Assembly: GCA_038138645.1 (NCBI GenBank)
Contig: JAYQEC010000003.1
Coordinates: 5,081-69,080, forward strand
DNA length: 64,000 nt
Direction: 5' to 3'
DNA from: Porticoccaceae bacterium
GTDB taxonomy: Bacteria; Pseudomonadota; Gammaproteobacteria; Pseudomonadales; Porticoccaceae
The position numbers and the translations under genes were made by a program. How positions within the stretch are numbered: position 1 is the stretch's first letter; every line of letters begins with the position of its first letter. The notes under the pieces were generated by a model, which worked only from the letters and a program-made list of their open reading frames with translations, was not told the DNA's origin and did not search any database. Below, piece by piece: positions 1 to 9,534 of the stretch.

Positions 1-1279
1 CCATTAGAATCACTATAAACAGTGCGCCCATAGATTTCCAAAAGCCCATGCCGCCATTCATAGTAATACGATCTGGCTCTGGCTTGGTAGCCTCGTAACG
101 CGTCCAGAAATAAATACCAATAAAGTAACCAAAGTACAAAACAGTACAAATCTGAGCCAATAATGTACGGCCTGGTGTTGGCGCCTTAACACCCAGGTAA
201 CCCAAGATAATAAAGCAAGCTGCGAATACCAATATAGCGATACGGCTGATAATGCCTTTATAGCGAATTGATCTTACAGGGCTTCTATCCAACCATGGCA
301 ATACGAACAGAATTGCAATTGCCGCAGCCATAATAATAAAGCCACCTAATTTATCGGGAACCGCACGCAACATTGAGTAGTAAGGCGTGAAATACCATAC
401 TGGCGCAATATGCTCAGGTGTTTTAAGCGAGTTAGCAATTTCAAAATTTGCATGCTCTAAGAAGTAACCACCCATTTCTGGCATAAAGAACAAAATCGCA
501 CAGAACACAAAGAAAAAGACTACTAATGGCGCAATTTTGGTCACTACAAAGTAAGGATAGAATGGAACACCATCAATTGGGTTACCATTTTTATCTTTAT
601 ATTTTTTGATGCTCACGCCATCTGGGTTGTTAGAACCTACATCGTGAAGAGCGATAATATGCATAACTACCAGCGCCAACAGAATGATTGGCATTGCAAC
701 AACATGAAGCGACATAAAGCGATTTAGGGTAATACCAGAAATGAGGTAATCACCACGAATCCACTGAACAATATCTTCACCGACTACTGGAATAGCACCA
801 AATAGAGAAATAATTACCTGCGCACCCCAATAGGACATTTGACCCCATGGCAATACGTAACCTAAGAAGGCTTCAGCCATTAGTACCACGTAGATGGTCA
901 TACCAAAGATCCACACCAGTTCTCGTGGTGCTTTATAGGACCCATAAATCAATCCACGGAACATATGCAGATAGACCACTATAAAGAAGGCTGAGGCCCC
1001 GGTGGAGTGGGCATAGCGAATGATCCAGCCAAGCTCGACATCTCGCATAATATATTCAACTGATGCAAAGGCCTGCTCAGCAGAACCCTGATAGCTCATT
1101 AGCAACCAGATACCCGTTACTAGCTGAATCACTAGAACGACTAAAGAGAAAATTCCGAATAGATACCAAAAATTAAAGTTTTTTGGCGCATAATATTCCG
1201 CCATATGACGATTCCACTCACGCTTAAGCGTGGGCATACGCGAATCAAGCCATGCTGCAAATCCAGTTTCTTTACTCAT
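1..1279 (-). CDS. petB: Cytochrome b of the bc1 complex (3'-truncated by window edge; possibly fused to cytochrome c1)
   Basis: Not in the ORF track because it has no stop in the window. ATG at 1279 overlaps the petA stop. Translation gives MSKETGFAAWLDSRMP...YYAPKNFNFWY, IRYAHSTGAS, PWGQMSYWG and HIAPVWYF (PEWY-equivalent). Confidence 0.95.
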   Translation of the reverse strand, partial: MSKETGFAAWLDSRMPTLKREWNRHMAEYYAPKNFNFWYLFGIFSLVVLVIQLVTGIWLLMSYQGSAEQAFASVEYIMRDVELGWIIRYAHSTGASAFFIVVYLHMFRGLIYGSYKAPRELVWIFGMTIYVVLMAEAFLGYVLPWGQMSYWGAQVIISLFGAIPVVGEDIVQWIRGDYLISGITLNRFMSLHVVAMPIILLALVVMHIIALHDVGSNNPDGVSIKKYKDKNGNPIDGVPFYPYFVVTKIAPLVVFFFVFCAILFFMPEMGGYFLEHANFEIANSLKTPEHIAPVWYFTPYYSMLRAVPDKLGGFIIMAAAIAILFVLPWLDRSPVRSIRYKGIISRIAILVFAACFIILGYLGVKAPTPGRTLLAQICTVLYFGYFIGIYFWTRYEATKPEPDRITMNGGMGFWKSMGALFIVILM

Positions 1280-1884
1280 TACGCCACCTCCGAGTCTATA
1301 CCAATTACTAATACATCATCCGACTCGTACGAATGCGGCGGAATCTCTAAATTTGTCGGCGCAGGAACACCAGCAAAAACGCGACCAGACATATCAAAGG
1401 TAGAGCCATGACAGGGGCAGAAGAAACCACCCAACCAAGCATCACCACCTAAGTCCGCTGCACCCACATCAGGTCTGTACATTGGCGCACAACCTAGATG
1501 AGTACATAGACCAACTAATACTAAGATATCTTCTTTGCCCTGTAGAGAGCGAGCATTACCACTGACATAAGCCGGCTGAGTAGCGCTGGCTGAATCTGCA
1601 TCTTTCAATGAGGCAGCGTCAATACCTTCAATAGCCTCAAGTGACTCTTGAGTTCGACGCACGATATAAACGGGCTTACCTCGCCATTCGACAACCAGTC
1701 TTCCGCCAGCTTCTAATTGTGCAATATTGACTTTAACGGGCGCACCAGCTGCTTTAGCTTTTGCGCTTGGCTGCCATGAGGCAACAAAGGGTACCGCTGC
1801 ACCCACAATACCGGCTCCACCGACAACACCTGTGGCTCCCAATAAAAATTTACGACGACTTTGGTTGACACCGTCATTGCTCAT
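1279..1884 (-). CDS. petA: Ubiquinol-cytochrome c reductase Rieske iron-sulfur subunit
   Basis: Tat motif SRRKFL; Rieske boxes CTHLGC and CPCHGS. Start moved from 2040 to ATG 1884 (GGGAG SD, promoter at 1951-1979). Confidence 0.96.
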   Translation of the reverse strand: MSNDGVNQSRRKFLLGATGVVGGAGIVGAAVPFVASWQPSAKAKAAGAPVKVNIAQLEAGGRLVVEWRGKPVYIVRRTQESLEAIEGIDAASLKDADSASATQPAYVSGNARSLQGKEDILVLVGLCTHLGCAPMYRPDVGAADLGGDAWLGGFFCPCHGSTFDMSGRVFAGVPAPTNLEIPPHSYESDDVLVIGIDSEVA

Positions 1885-1950
1885 GACGCTCTCCCTTACT
1901 AAATTTGGAATGTAGATCGCAGCGGAATGCGCGACGTTTTTGGTGGCGGA

Positions 1951-1979
1951 ATTATAGATTAAAAGGTTTTTTTTGGCAA
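1951..1979 (-). promoter_or_regulatory. Sigma70 promoter of pet operon
   Basis: Minus strand TTGCCA-N17-TATAAT. Confidence 0.7.
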
Positions 1980-2024
1980 TACTGCTATTCACCACAAAAT
2001 AGCTAAGTGATTGTTTTTTATGCG

Positions 2025-2053
2025 AAAAAAAACCCGACAAATTTGCCGGGTTT
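2025..2053 (-). terminator. Intrinsic terminator after rpsI
   Basis: Minus strand AAACCCGGCAA-AT-TTGTCGGGTTT followed by a U-tract. Confidence 0.8.
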
Positions 2054-2070
2054 CTTGTAAAACGTAAAAT

Positions 2071-2463
2071 TTAACGCTTGGAGAACTGTGGACGTTTTCT
2101 CGCCTTGTGCAAACCAACTTTTTTACGCTCAACTTGACGTGCATCTCGAGTCAAGAATCCAGCTTTTCGTAGAGGAGAACGAAGCTCTTCGTCATATTCT
2201 ACCAATGCTCTAGCGATACCGTGACGAATGGCACCTGCTTGACCAAAGTTACCACCACCAGTAACGGTGATTTTAACGTCGAATTTATCAGTTAGATCAA
2301 CTACTTCGAATGGTTGACGTACAATCATTCTTGCAACTTCGCGACCAAAGTATTTATCCAAGGAAAGATCGTTAACTTGAATCTCACCCTTGCCGCTTTT
2401 CAAAAAAACACGTGCCGCTGATGTCTTGCGTCGGCCAGTGCCGTAATATTGAGTGTCTGCCAT
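2071..2463 (-). CDS. rpsI: 30S ribosomal protein S9
   Basis: [10 protein letters not shown]...[11 protein letters not shown]. Confidence 0.99.
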   Translation of the reverse strand: MADTQYYGTGRRKTSAARVFLKSGKGEIQVNDLSLDKYFGREVARMIVRQPFEVVDLTDKFDVKITVTGGGNFGQAGAIRHGIARALVEYDEELRSPLRKAGFLTRDARQVERKKVGLHKARKRPQFSKR

Positions 2464-2476
2464 GATTTTTTATCCG

Positions 2477-2905
2477 TTACAGTTCTAATGTCTTTGGTTG
2501 TTGTGCCGTATGAGGATGCTCCGAGCCAACATAAATTTTTAGCTTTCTGAACATCTCACGTCCTAATGGACCCTTAGGCAACATACCTTTGACAGCTGAT
2601 TGAAGAACACGCTCTGGCGCTTTCTCAATCAATTTTTCAAAACTGATATCCTTAATTCCACCGGGATATTCAGTGTGAGAGTAATAAATTTTCTTGCTGG
2701 CTTTGTTACCAGTAACCGCCACTTTTTCTGCGTTGATAACAACGATGTAATCACCGGTATCAACGTGCGGGGTGTATTCTGGCTTGTGTTTGCCACGCAA
2801 CCTAGACGCAACTTCCGTTGCTAATCGACCCAATGTTTTATCGGCCGCATCAACAATGTACCAATCGCGTTCTACTGATTCTGCTTTTGCACTATACGTT
2901 TTCAT
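2477..2905 (-). CDS. rplM: 50S ribosomal protein L13
   Basis: [17 protein letters not shown]. Confidence 0.99.
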   Translation of the reverse strand: MKTYSAKAESVERDWYIVDAADKTLGRLATEVASRLRGKHKPEYTPHVDTGDYIVVINAEKVAVTGNKASKKIYYSHTEYPGGIKDISFEKLIEKAPERVLQSAVKGMLPKGPLGREMFRKLKIYVGSEHPHTAQQPKTLEL

Positions 2906-2947
2906 TAGTTCCTGCCTGAGCTTGGGCTATCCCAAAAAAGGGTGCGA

Positions 2948-2976
2948 ATTGTAAAGAGCATGGTGCTCTATTACAA
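2948..2976 (-). promoter_or_regulatory. Sigma70 promoter of rplM-rpsI
   Basis: Minus strand TTGTAA-N17-TACAAT followed by a GC-rich discriminator. Confidence 0.65.
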
Positions 2977-3078
2977 GTACTGATTGACGTAAAAATCAAT
3001 TTTTTTACATATGTATCGAAAGAATCTTTTAATTCCTGCCCTCAGAGCCGATTTCAACAGCAAAAAAAATTGCGCAAA

Positions 3079-4194
3079 CTACTCAGAACGGTGGGCTCGA
3101 GAGAGAAATTCTTTAGTTTGCATCTCAATGAGTCGACTTTTCGTGCGCTCAAACTCAAAAACTAATTTAGATCCCTGATAAAGTGATTCTAAAGGTTGTT
3201 CTGCCGAAATAACTAAATCAACGTTGCGATCGTAAAATTCATCAACCAAATTAATAAATCGACGGGTCGCATCATCCTTTTCCTTATCCAAGGTGGGGAT
3301 ATTTGAAATAACTACAGCATGATATTCACAGGAAAGATCAATATAGTCATGCTGACTGCGAGGACCCTCACAGATAGCTTTAAAATCAAACCAAATAACA
3401 TCTGAGCTTTTTGCAACCACTGGGATATCTCTGCCCGCAATGGTCACCTCTGAATCCAGAATTAATGCGCCTTTATCCGCTACCAGAGAATAGAAAATAC
3501 CCTCAATTGCATGATGACTCGCATCGGTTAATGGCTGGTGATATAGCTGAGTACTAGTAAGGGTGCGCAAGCGGTAATCAGTACCGCCATCGACATTAAT
3601 AACCTGACAGCGCGTTTTAATCAATTCGATAGCTGGCAAGAAGCGTTGCCGCTGCAAGCCATTTTTATACAGTAAACTCGGCTCTACATTGGAGGTTGCG
3701 ACAAGGCATACTCCTCTTGCAAACAGAGCCTCAAACAGTTTCCCCAAAATCATTGCGTCAGTAATATCACTCACAAAAAATTCATCAAAACAGATAACCA
3801 TGGTTTCACTGGCAATTTTATCGGCTACTTTGTCCAATGGGTTGGCATGCCCCTTAAATTCATCAAGCTCGGTATGAACTCTACGCATAAAACGGTGAAA
3901 ATGAATGCGTAACTTTGACTCAAAGGGGAGACTTTCAAAAAAACTATCCATTAGGTAAGTTTTGCCACGACCCACACCGCCCCATAAATAGAGCCCTAGC
4001 TCGGGATTACTTTTCTTGCGCCTTATTATGCGCTTCATTTTGCTGGCGAAACTTGTGTCTCGCTTGTGGTTATAGGCAGCCACTAAGCGAAAATACAATG
4101 CATCTAGATGATCCACGGCCTGCTTTTGAGCTTTGTCTGCAACAAAGCCCTCGCGTTTTAGATCTGAACAGTAGCGCTGTTTTGGAGTCGTCAT
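3079..4194 (-). CDS. zapE: Cell division ATPase ZapE (AFG1 family)
   Basis: GLYLWGGVGRGKT Walker A, CFDEFFV, RRFINLVDEFY; upstream of rplM. Confidence 0.95.
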   Translation of the reverse strand: MTTPKQRYCSDLKREGFVADKAQKQAVDHLDALYFRLVAAYNHKRDTSFASKMKRIIRRKKSNPELGLYLWGGVGRGKTYLMDSFFESLPFESKLRIHFHRFMRRVHTELDEFKGHANPLDKVADKIASETMVICFDEFFVSDITDAMILGKLFEALFARGVCLVATSNVEPSLLYKNGLQRQRFLPAIELIKTRCQVINVDGGTDYRLRTLTSTQLYHQPLTDASHHAIEGIFYSLVADKGALILDSEVTIAGRDIPVVAKSSDVIWFDFKAICEGPRSQHDYIDLSCEYHAVVISNIPTLDKEKDDATRRFINLVDEFYDRNVDLVISAEQPLESLYQGSKLVFEFERTKSRLIEMQTKEFLSRAHRSE

Positions 4195-4389
4195 TTAATT
4201 AGAAAAAAATTAGGCAAACTGAACTCTACCTATGCATGATCTGCAAAACAAGCCACAAAAGGATTAATTTACGCTTTAAAATGCGATATAGAATACTCTT
4301 TGCACTGGCAAATTAGCCTATAAGTCTCTATATTGGTTACAATATTGAGCAGTCAAATGTTCAGCGATAAGTATTTTGTAGAGGGCGGC

Positions 4390-4917
4390 ATGAGCACGAT
4401 AACAATTATTATTACAGCAGCGACATTCTTTCTTATTGGAGCAGGCATAGGTCATCTGTTTGCAAGGAAGAATCAAACCGGCGACCATTCAGTTGAAGAA
4501 TTAGAAAAAAAACTGGCTCAGTCCGAACGTCAGCTAAAAAGATACCAACAAGAAGTGACCGAGCATTTTTTAAAAGTTTCTCACCTCACCACAAGTATGT
4601 CGCAAAGTTATCGCCAAATTCATGAACACCTTGCTACCAGCGCTATCCGATTGGCCAGCCCAGAAATTGGTCGTCAGCTATTGAAGTCCGGCGGTTCTGA
4701 TCTAAACTTAACTGATGAAGACGGTAAGCCTTTAATTAATCCTGAAGATGTTCAACCTCCAAGGGATTATGCGCCTAAGGTGCCGGGTGGTATTTTGAGT
4801 GAAGACTATGGTCTCAGTGAAAATAATGAAGCCAAGAAAGCAACGCCTGATCGTCCAGAGGTGAATCCTGAGGCAATCGATGAAGACGACGAGGATCCAA
4901 CCAGTAAGGTCATTTAA
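4390..4917 (+). CDS. zapG: YhcB/ZapG (DUF1043) membrane protein
   Basis: N-terminal TM helix, coiled coil YQQEVTEHF, PRDYAPK motif; divergent from zapE. Start set to ATG 4390 (GAGGG SD). Confidence 0.88.
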   Translation: MSTITIIITAATFFLIGAGIGHLFARKNQTGDHSVEELEKKLAQSERQLKRYQQEVTEHFLKVSHLTTSMSQSYRQIHEHLATSAIRLASPEIGRQLLKSGGSDLNLTDEDGKPLINPEDVQPPRDYAPKVPGGILSEDYGLSENNEAKKATPDRPEVNPEAIDEDDEDPTSKVI

Positions 4918-4950
4918 AATCTTACTGCAAAGGGGAGATGATAAGACAGG

Positions 4951-5721
4951 ATGTCAGATTCATTTAACCGCAAAGTCTTTCTGCGCTTTGCCCTAGAAAG
5001 GTTAAAAAATAACCTTTTCCCTAGCCGCTGTTATACCTGTCTTGAACCTCTATTATTTTCTCAGCATCTGTTGTGTGCCGACTGCGTAAAAAGTTTGCCC
5101 TATACAGACAACGCTTGTATTCGCTGTTCCGAATCACTCTCCCATTCAGGCATCTGCCCTAACTGTCAAAAAAATCCACCCTACTTTAATCGCTGCATTG
5201 CGCTTTGCAACTATCAATACCCAGTATCCACAGCACTGAAAAATATTAAAAAAAATGCTTATGCCCCTGAAACAAAAAAATTCAGTATGTTGTTATTGCA
5301 ACGTCTCAAGCGAATCTATAGAGCACAATCCATTCCGAAAATTATTATTCCAATACCCGCTCACCCCATCAAAACCTTTATGCGCGGCTTTAACCAAAGT
5401 GAATTAATTGCTAATTTTATTTGCACAGGCCTTGAGAACACTCAATTACATCAGACAATTTGTTACCGGGAACAACTGGGTAAGCCGCAAAAATCTCAAA
5501 CCAGAGCTCAGCGCCTAAGGCTGTTATCGAATGCCTTTAAAATAAAAAATTCAGAAATTATTGAAGGAAAATCACTCGCTATTGTTGATGATATTGTTAC
5601 TACTGGCGCTACAGCTAATGCGGTATCGCAGAGTCTTATCAGTGCAGGCGCGAAATCAGTTGATTTATGGTGTATTGCAAAAACAAGCTGGCATAATCAC
5701 TCAAGCTCGATCAAAATATAA
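4951..5721 (+). CDS. comF: ComF family protein (double zinc ribbon plus PRTase-like domain)
   Basis: Four CxxC pairs, RGFNQS, IVDDIVTTGAT. Confidence 0.85.
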   Translation: MSDSFNRKVFLRFALERLKNNLFPSRCYTCLEPLLFSQHLLCADCVKSLPYTDNACIRCSESLSHSGICPNCQKNPPYFNRCIALCNYQYPVSTALKNIKKNAYAPETKKFSMLLLQRLKRIYRAQSIPKIIIPIPAHPIKTFMRGFNQSELIANFICTGLENTQLHQTICYREQLGKPQKSQTRAQRLRLLSNAFKIKNSEIIEGKSLAIVDDIVTTGATANAVSQSLISAGAKSVDLWCIAKTSWHNHSSSIKI

Positions 5722-5752
5722 CCCATCAGATAAACTAACTACTGAGAATACA

Positions 5753-6544
5753 GTGAATAAACAGGAATCGATTGCCTTTGTATGGCAAAACATTGTTAAT
5801 GAAGTCAGCCTTGTCCTAAAAGATGAGCCTATGTTGGCGAATTTTTTACAGACAACCGTGCTTGATCATAACAATATGGGTGAATCATTAAGTTTCCATC
5901 TAGCATCAAAGCTATCGAATCAGGCTATACCCTTTGCAACCCTACGGCCATTGTTCAATGAAATATTTGCCAATGAGCAGATTCTATATGCTGCATCTCG
6001 TGATATTCAGGCTACTGTAGATAGAGATTCAGCATGTTCTGTTTACAGTACTCCCTTTCTCTACTTTAAGGGTTTTCTAGCATTACAGGCCTACAGAGTA
6101 ACTCACCAACTTTGGCAGAGAGGGAATCAATCCTTAGCCCTAATGTTGCAACATAGTATCTCTACCCATTTTGCGGTGGATATTCATCCTGCTGCCAAAA
6201 TTGGTTCTGGGATTTTAATTGATCATGCTACCGGACTGGTTATAGGCGAAACCGCAGTGGTGGAAGATTCAGTTTCAATTATGCAATCAGTAACACTTGG
6301 CGGTACCGGTAAAGAAAGTGGCGATCGTCATCCCAAAATCAGAAAGAATGTTTTATTGGGACCCGGAGCAAAAGTCTTAGGTAATATTGAAGTCGCTGAG
6401 GGCTCAATGGTCGCCGCATCAAGTGTGGTCTTAAAGTCGGTGCCTGCGCATTCTGTTATCGCTGGTGTTCCTGCCGAGGTGGTGGGCAAAGCCGATGTTG
6501 ATAAACCATCAAAGGTTATGAATCACTATTTTAAACCTTGCTAG
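5753..6544 (+). CDS. cysE: Serine O-acetyltransferase (paralog 1)
   Basis: SATase N-domain (EPMLANF, RDSAC, YFKGFLALQAYR), DIHPAA, IDHATG, TLGGTGKESGDRHPK. Start likely GTG 5753; the upstream ORF extension overlaps comF. Confidence 0.93.
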   Translation: MNKQESIAFVWQNIVNEVSLVLKDEPMLANFLQTTVLDHNNMGESLSFHLASKLSNQAIPFATLRPLFNEIFANEQILYAASRDIQATVDRDSACSVYSTPFLYFKGFLALQAYRVTHQLWQRGNQSLALMLQHSISTHFAVDIHPAAKIGSGILIDHATGLVIGETAVVEDSVSIMQSVTLGGTGKESGDRHPKIRKNVLLGPGAKVLGNIEVAEGSMVAASSVVLKSVPAHSVIAGVPAEVVGKADVDKPSKVMNHYFKPC

Positions 6545-7503
6545 CAATGGTCCCATGGAAATGCCATTACCTCACTAATAGACTGGGCATTTGATAACTG
6601 CATTAAAAGTCTGTCTACCCCCAGAGCAACACCACTGCAACTTGGCAGTCCCTGTTGCATTGCCTTATCTAGCTTAGGGTCAATTTCCATAGTCGGTTTA
6701 TTGGCCTTTTGTCTTTGCTCATTATCCTGCTGAAAACGCTGCAATTGCTCCTTAGCATCTCTAAGCTCAAAATAACCATTGGCAAGTTCAGTAGCATCAA
6801 GAAAAACTTCAAACCGACGACTAACTAAACGATCCTCGGCATCCTTATGTGTTTGTGCAAGGGCAGACTGACAGGCTGGATAGTTATAAATAGAAACCAA
6901 CCCCTTAGGCAAATTAGGCTCAACAAACTCAGAAAATAATAAATCTAAACAATTGGCGCGGGTTTCATTAGCCCATTGAGGGTAACCCTTATTTTTTGCT
7001 AGTCGCTGTAAATCATTCAAGCTTGCTCTGTGAGGGTCAATTCCCAGGGCCTGCTCAAAACAGTCCGCATAACTAATTCGACTGGTTGATATCTTGGTAT
7101 TTTGAATCGATTGATAGGCGCCGATAATAAGATTTTCCACCTCAGTCATTAGCTGAAATTCATCCCAATTAACGCGGTACCACTCTAAAAGAGTAAATTC
7201 CGGATTGTGACGAGAACCTTGCTCAGCCTCTCTGAATACCTTACCTAGGCAGTAAATATCACCGGCACCTGAAGCCAACATACGCTTCATAAAAAATTCA
7301 GGAGAGGTCTGAAGAAAGCAGGGTTGCCCCATTGCCTGAGCACTAACACTTTCAATATTGATATCAGTCACCGAGGTTGTTGCCAATATTGGCATTTCAA
7401 CTTCCATTACTGACTGCTCGGTAAAGTAGGTGCGAAGGTATGCGAGCAAATCTGCTCGCATTTTCAACATATAAGGTTTTGCGCTGGGTTGCCAGTTATC
7501 TAT
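6541..7503 (-). CDS. epmA: EF-P lysine aminoacylase EpmA (GenX/PoxA)
   Basis: LQTSPEFFMKR, RHNPEFT, ELANGY, GVALGVDRL; follows efp. The conserved WQPSA N-terminus lies upstream of the first ATG (7470), implying an ATA start at 7503. Confidence 0.93.
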   Translation of the reverse strand: MDNWQPSAKPYMLKMRADLLAYLRTYFTEQSVMEVEMPILATTSVTDINIESVSAQAMGQPCFLQTSPEFFMKRMLASGAGDIYCLGKVFREAEQGSRHNPEFTLLEWYRVNWDEFQLMTEVENLIIGAYQSIQNTKISTSRISYADCFEQALGIDPHRASLNDLQRLAKNKGYPQWANETRANCLDLLFSEFVEPNLPKGLVSIYNYPACQSALAQTHKDAEDRLVSRRFEVFLDATELANGYFELRDAKEQLQRFQQDNEQRQKANKPTMEIDPKLDKAMQQGLPSCSGVALGVDRLLMQLSNAQSISEVMAFPWDHC

Positions 7504-7533
7504 GGGAATTCCTCAGTCTAACCGCTTGAGCGA

Positions 7534-8103
7534 TCAATCCTTGGCACGGCCTTGATATTCACCCGTGCGCGTATCAACCTTGATCACATCACCCTGATCT
7601 AAGAATAAGGGTACTTTAACTGTTGCCCCTGTGATTAATCTTGCCGGCTTACTACCGCCCTGTGCAGTATCTCCGCGAAGACCTGGGTCTGTTTCAACAA
7701 TTTCTAACTCAACATGAGTAGGCGGCGTCACCGATAACGGAGAACCGTTATACAGGGTGATCATACAGGTATCCTGTTCTTTCAGCCAAAGCTTAGCATC
7801 ACCAACCGCTGTCTCAGTAGCCTGATGCTGCTCAAAGGTATTAGGCTCCATAAAGTACCAGAAATCACCGTCCTCATAGAGATACTGCATATCCATTTCT
7901 AGAACATCTGCACCTTCAATAGACTCACCTGATTTAAAGGTTTTCTCTAAAACTCTACCCGTTTTTAAATTGCGCAGCTTTACTCGATTAAATGCCTGAC
8001 CTTTGCCTGGCTTTACAAATTCATTATCTAAAATTGAACAGGGGTCCCCATCTAACATAACCTTTAGACCGGACCGAAATTCGTTGGTAGAGTAATTTCC
8101 CAT
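7534..8103 (-). CDS. efp: Elongation factor P
   Basis: VKPGKGQAF loop (lysine type), PGLRGDT, VPLF. Confidence 0.98.
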   Translation of the reverse strand: MGNYSTNEFRSGLKVMLDGDPCSILDNEFVKPGKGQAFNRVKLRNLKTGRVLEKTFKSGESIEGADVLEMDMQYLYEDGDFWYFMEPNTFEQHQATETAVGDAKLWLKEQDTCMITLYNGSPLSVTPPTHVELEIVETDPGLRGDTAQGGSKPARLITGATVKVPLFLDQGDVIKVDTRTGEYQGRAKD

Positions 8104-8215
8104 AGTTACTTGCTCTCAATTAATGCTAAAAAAGGCAATGATACCTGATGTATCAAAACTTTTAACCAATTAAAGTCATATCCCCTGCAACCTATGGGCA
8201 GGAAGCCATAAATAA

Positions 8216-9448
8216 TTAACCCAAAATACCGGTATCTTTATCTGAATACCCCAAAAGATAAAGAATTCCGTCCAAACCAAGACTGGATATGGCCTGCTTA
8301 GCTGACGCCTCCACTAGAGGTTTAGCTCTAAAAGCAATGCCTAGTCCTGCAATATCCAGCATAGGCAAATCATTAGCACCATCACCCACAGCAATAACCT
8401 GCTCTAGCATTAGACCATCCCGTTCCGCTAGCTCTCGCAATAAATCAGCCTTGCGTTGACCATCAATAATATCGCCCTTTACATGGCCTGTTACCTTTCC
8501 GTTTTCGATATCTAATTGATTGGCATAGACATAGTCCACGCCCAAAATTTCTTGGAGATACTCACCAAAAAAACTAAACCCACCAGAAACAATGGCTGTT
8601 TTATAGCCCAGTTTTTTTAATGTTGAGATTAAATGTTCGGCACCTTCATTAAGCTGTAATCGTTTTGCTATTTTAGGTAAAACCGATGCATCTAAGCCTT
8701 TTAAAAGTGCTAGGCGTTGCTCAAAGCTTTGTTTGAAATCAAGCTTACCCTGCATTGCCGCCTCGGTAATCTCAGCCACCTGCTGCCCCACGCCCGCCTC
8801 TAACGCTAATTCATCAATAACTTCAGCGTCAATTAGGGTTGAATCCATATCAAATACAACCAAGCGACGGTTGCGTCTAAAAATATTGTCCTCCTGAAAG
8901 GCAATATCAATATCGTACTGATGCGCTAACTCTAGCAATGACTTTTTAAATGCCTGCGGGTCTGAGGCCTCACCCCGAACTGAAAATTCAACACAGGCTG
9001 TTCCTAACTTTTCAGTTGCATGTAAATCTATTCGACCTGAAAGTCTCACCATCTTATCTATATTGAGCTGATAACTAGAGACTACGGCAGTAAGTGCCGC
9101 CAGATGCTGTGCTTCTATCTTTCTCGCCAATAAAGTCACAATATGTCGAGGTTTACCCTGCTGCTCAACCCACTGTTGGTAATGTTGCTCTGAGATGGGC
9201 AAAAACTTTACTCGCATACTCAAATCAGAAGTACAGAGTTCTACTTGAGAGATTAAATCGTCTGAATTTGCTCCACTTGGAACAGCAGCGAGAAGACCCA
9301 GATTTAATTGGTTATGAATCACTGCTTGACCTATATCTAAAACAGTGACATCAAAGTTAGATAAAATACTGGTCACAGCACTTGTGACACCGGGTTTATC
9401 TTCTCCAAAAACATTTATTAGCAAAATATCTTTCAAAACTGATTCCAA
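8216..9448 (-). CDS. serB: Phosphoserine phosphatase with ACT domains
   Basis: GEDKPG ACT domain, FDMDSTLI, GDGANDLPML. Confidence 0.96.
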   Translation of the reverse strand: MESVLKDILLINVFGEDKPGVTSAVTSILSNFDVTVLDIGQAVIHNQLNLGLLAAVPSGANSDDLISQVELCTSDLSMRVKFLPISEQHYQQWVEQQGKPRHIVTLLARKIEAQHLAALTAVVSSYQLNIDKMVRLSGRIDLHATEKLGTACVEFSVRGEASDPQAFKKSLLELAHQYDIDIAFQEDNIFRRNRRLVVFDMDSTLIDAEVIDELALEAGVGQQVAEITEAAMQGKLDFKQSFEQRLALLKGLDASVLPKIAKRLQLNEGAEHLISTLKKLGYKTAIVSGGFSFFGEYLQEILGVDYVYANQLDIENGKVTGHVKGDIIDGQRKADLLRELAERDGLMLEQVIAVGDGANDLPMLDIAGLGIAFRAKPLVEASAKQAISSLGLDGILYLLGYSDKDTGILG

Positions 9449-9534
9449 TTAGTAATTCTTAAACAGACATTATATAAAAGCTGTGAGAATAGGATAGAAT
9501 ATGTTCAAAAATAACTGCAAAAAAAAGGCAATCC

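Noticed and set aside
1885-2040. 52-aa N-terminal extension of petA in the ORF track
   Set aside because: It spans the rpsI terminator and the pet promoter; the Tat motif and SD point to ATG 1884.
5561-5752. N-terminal extension of cysE-1
   Set aside because: It overlaps comF by 160 bp, and homology starts only near GTG 5753.
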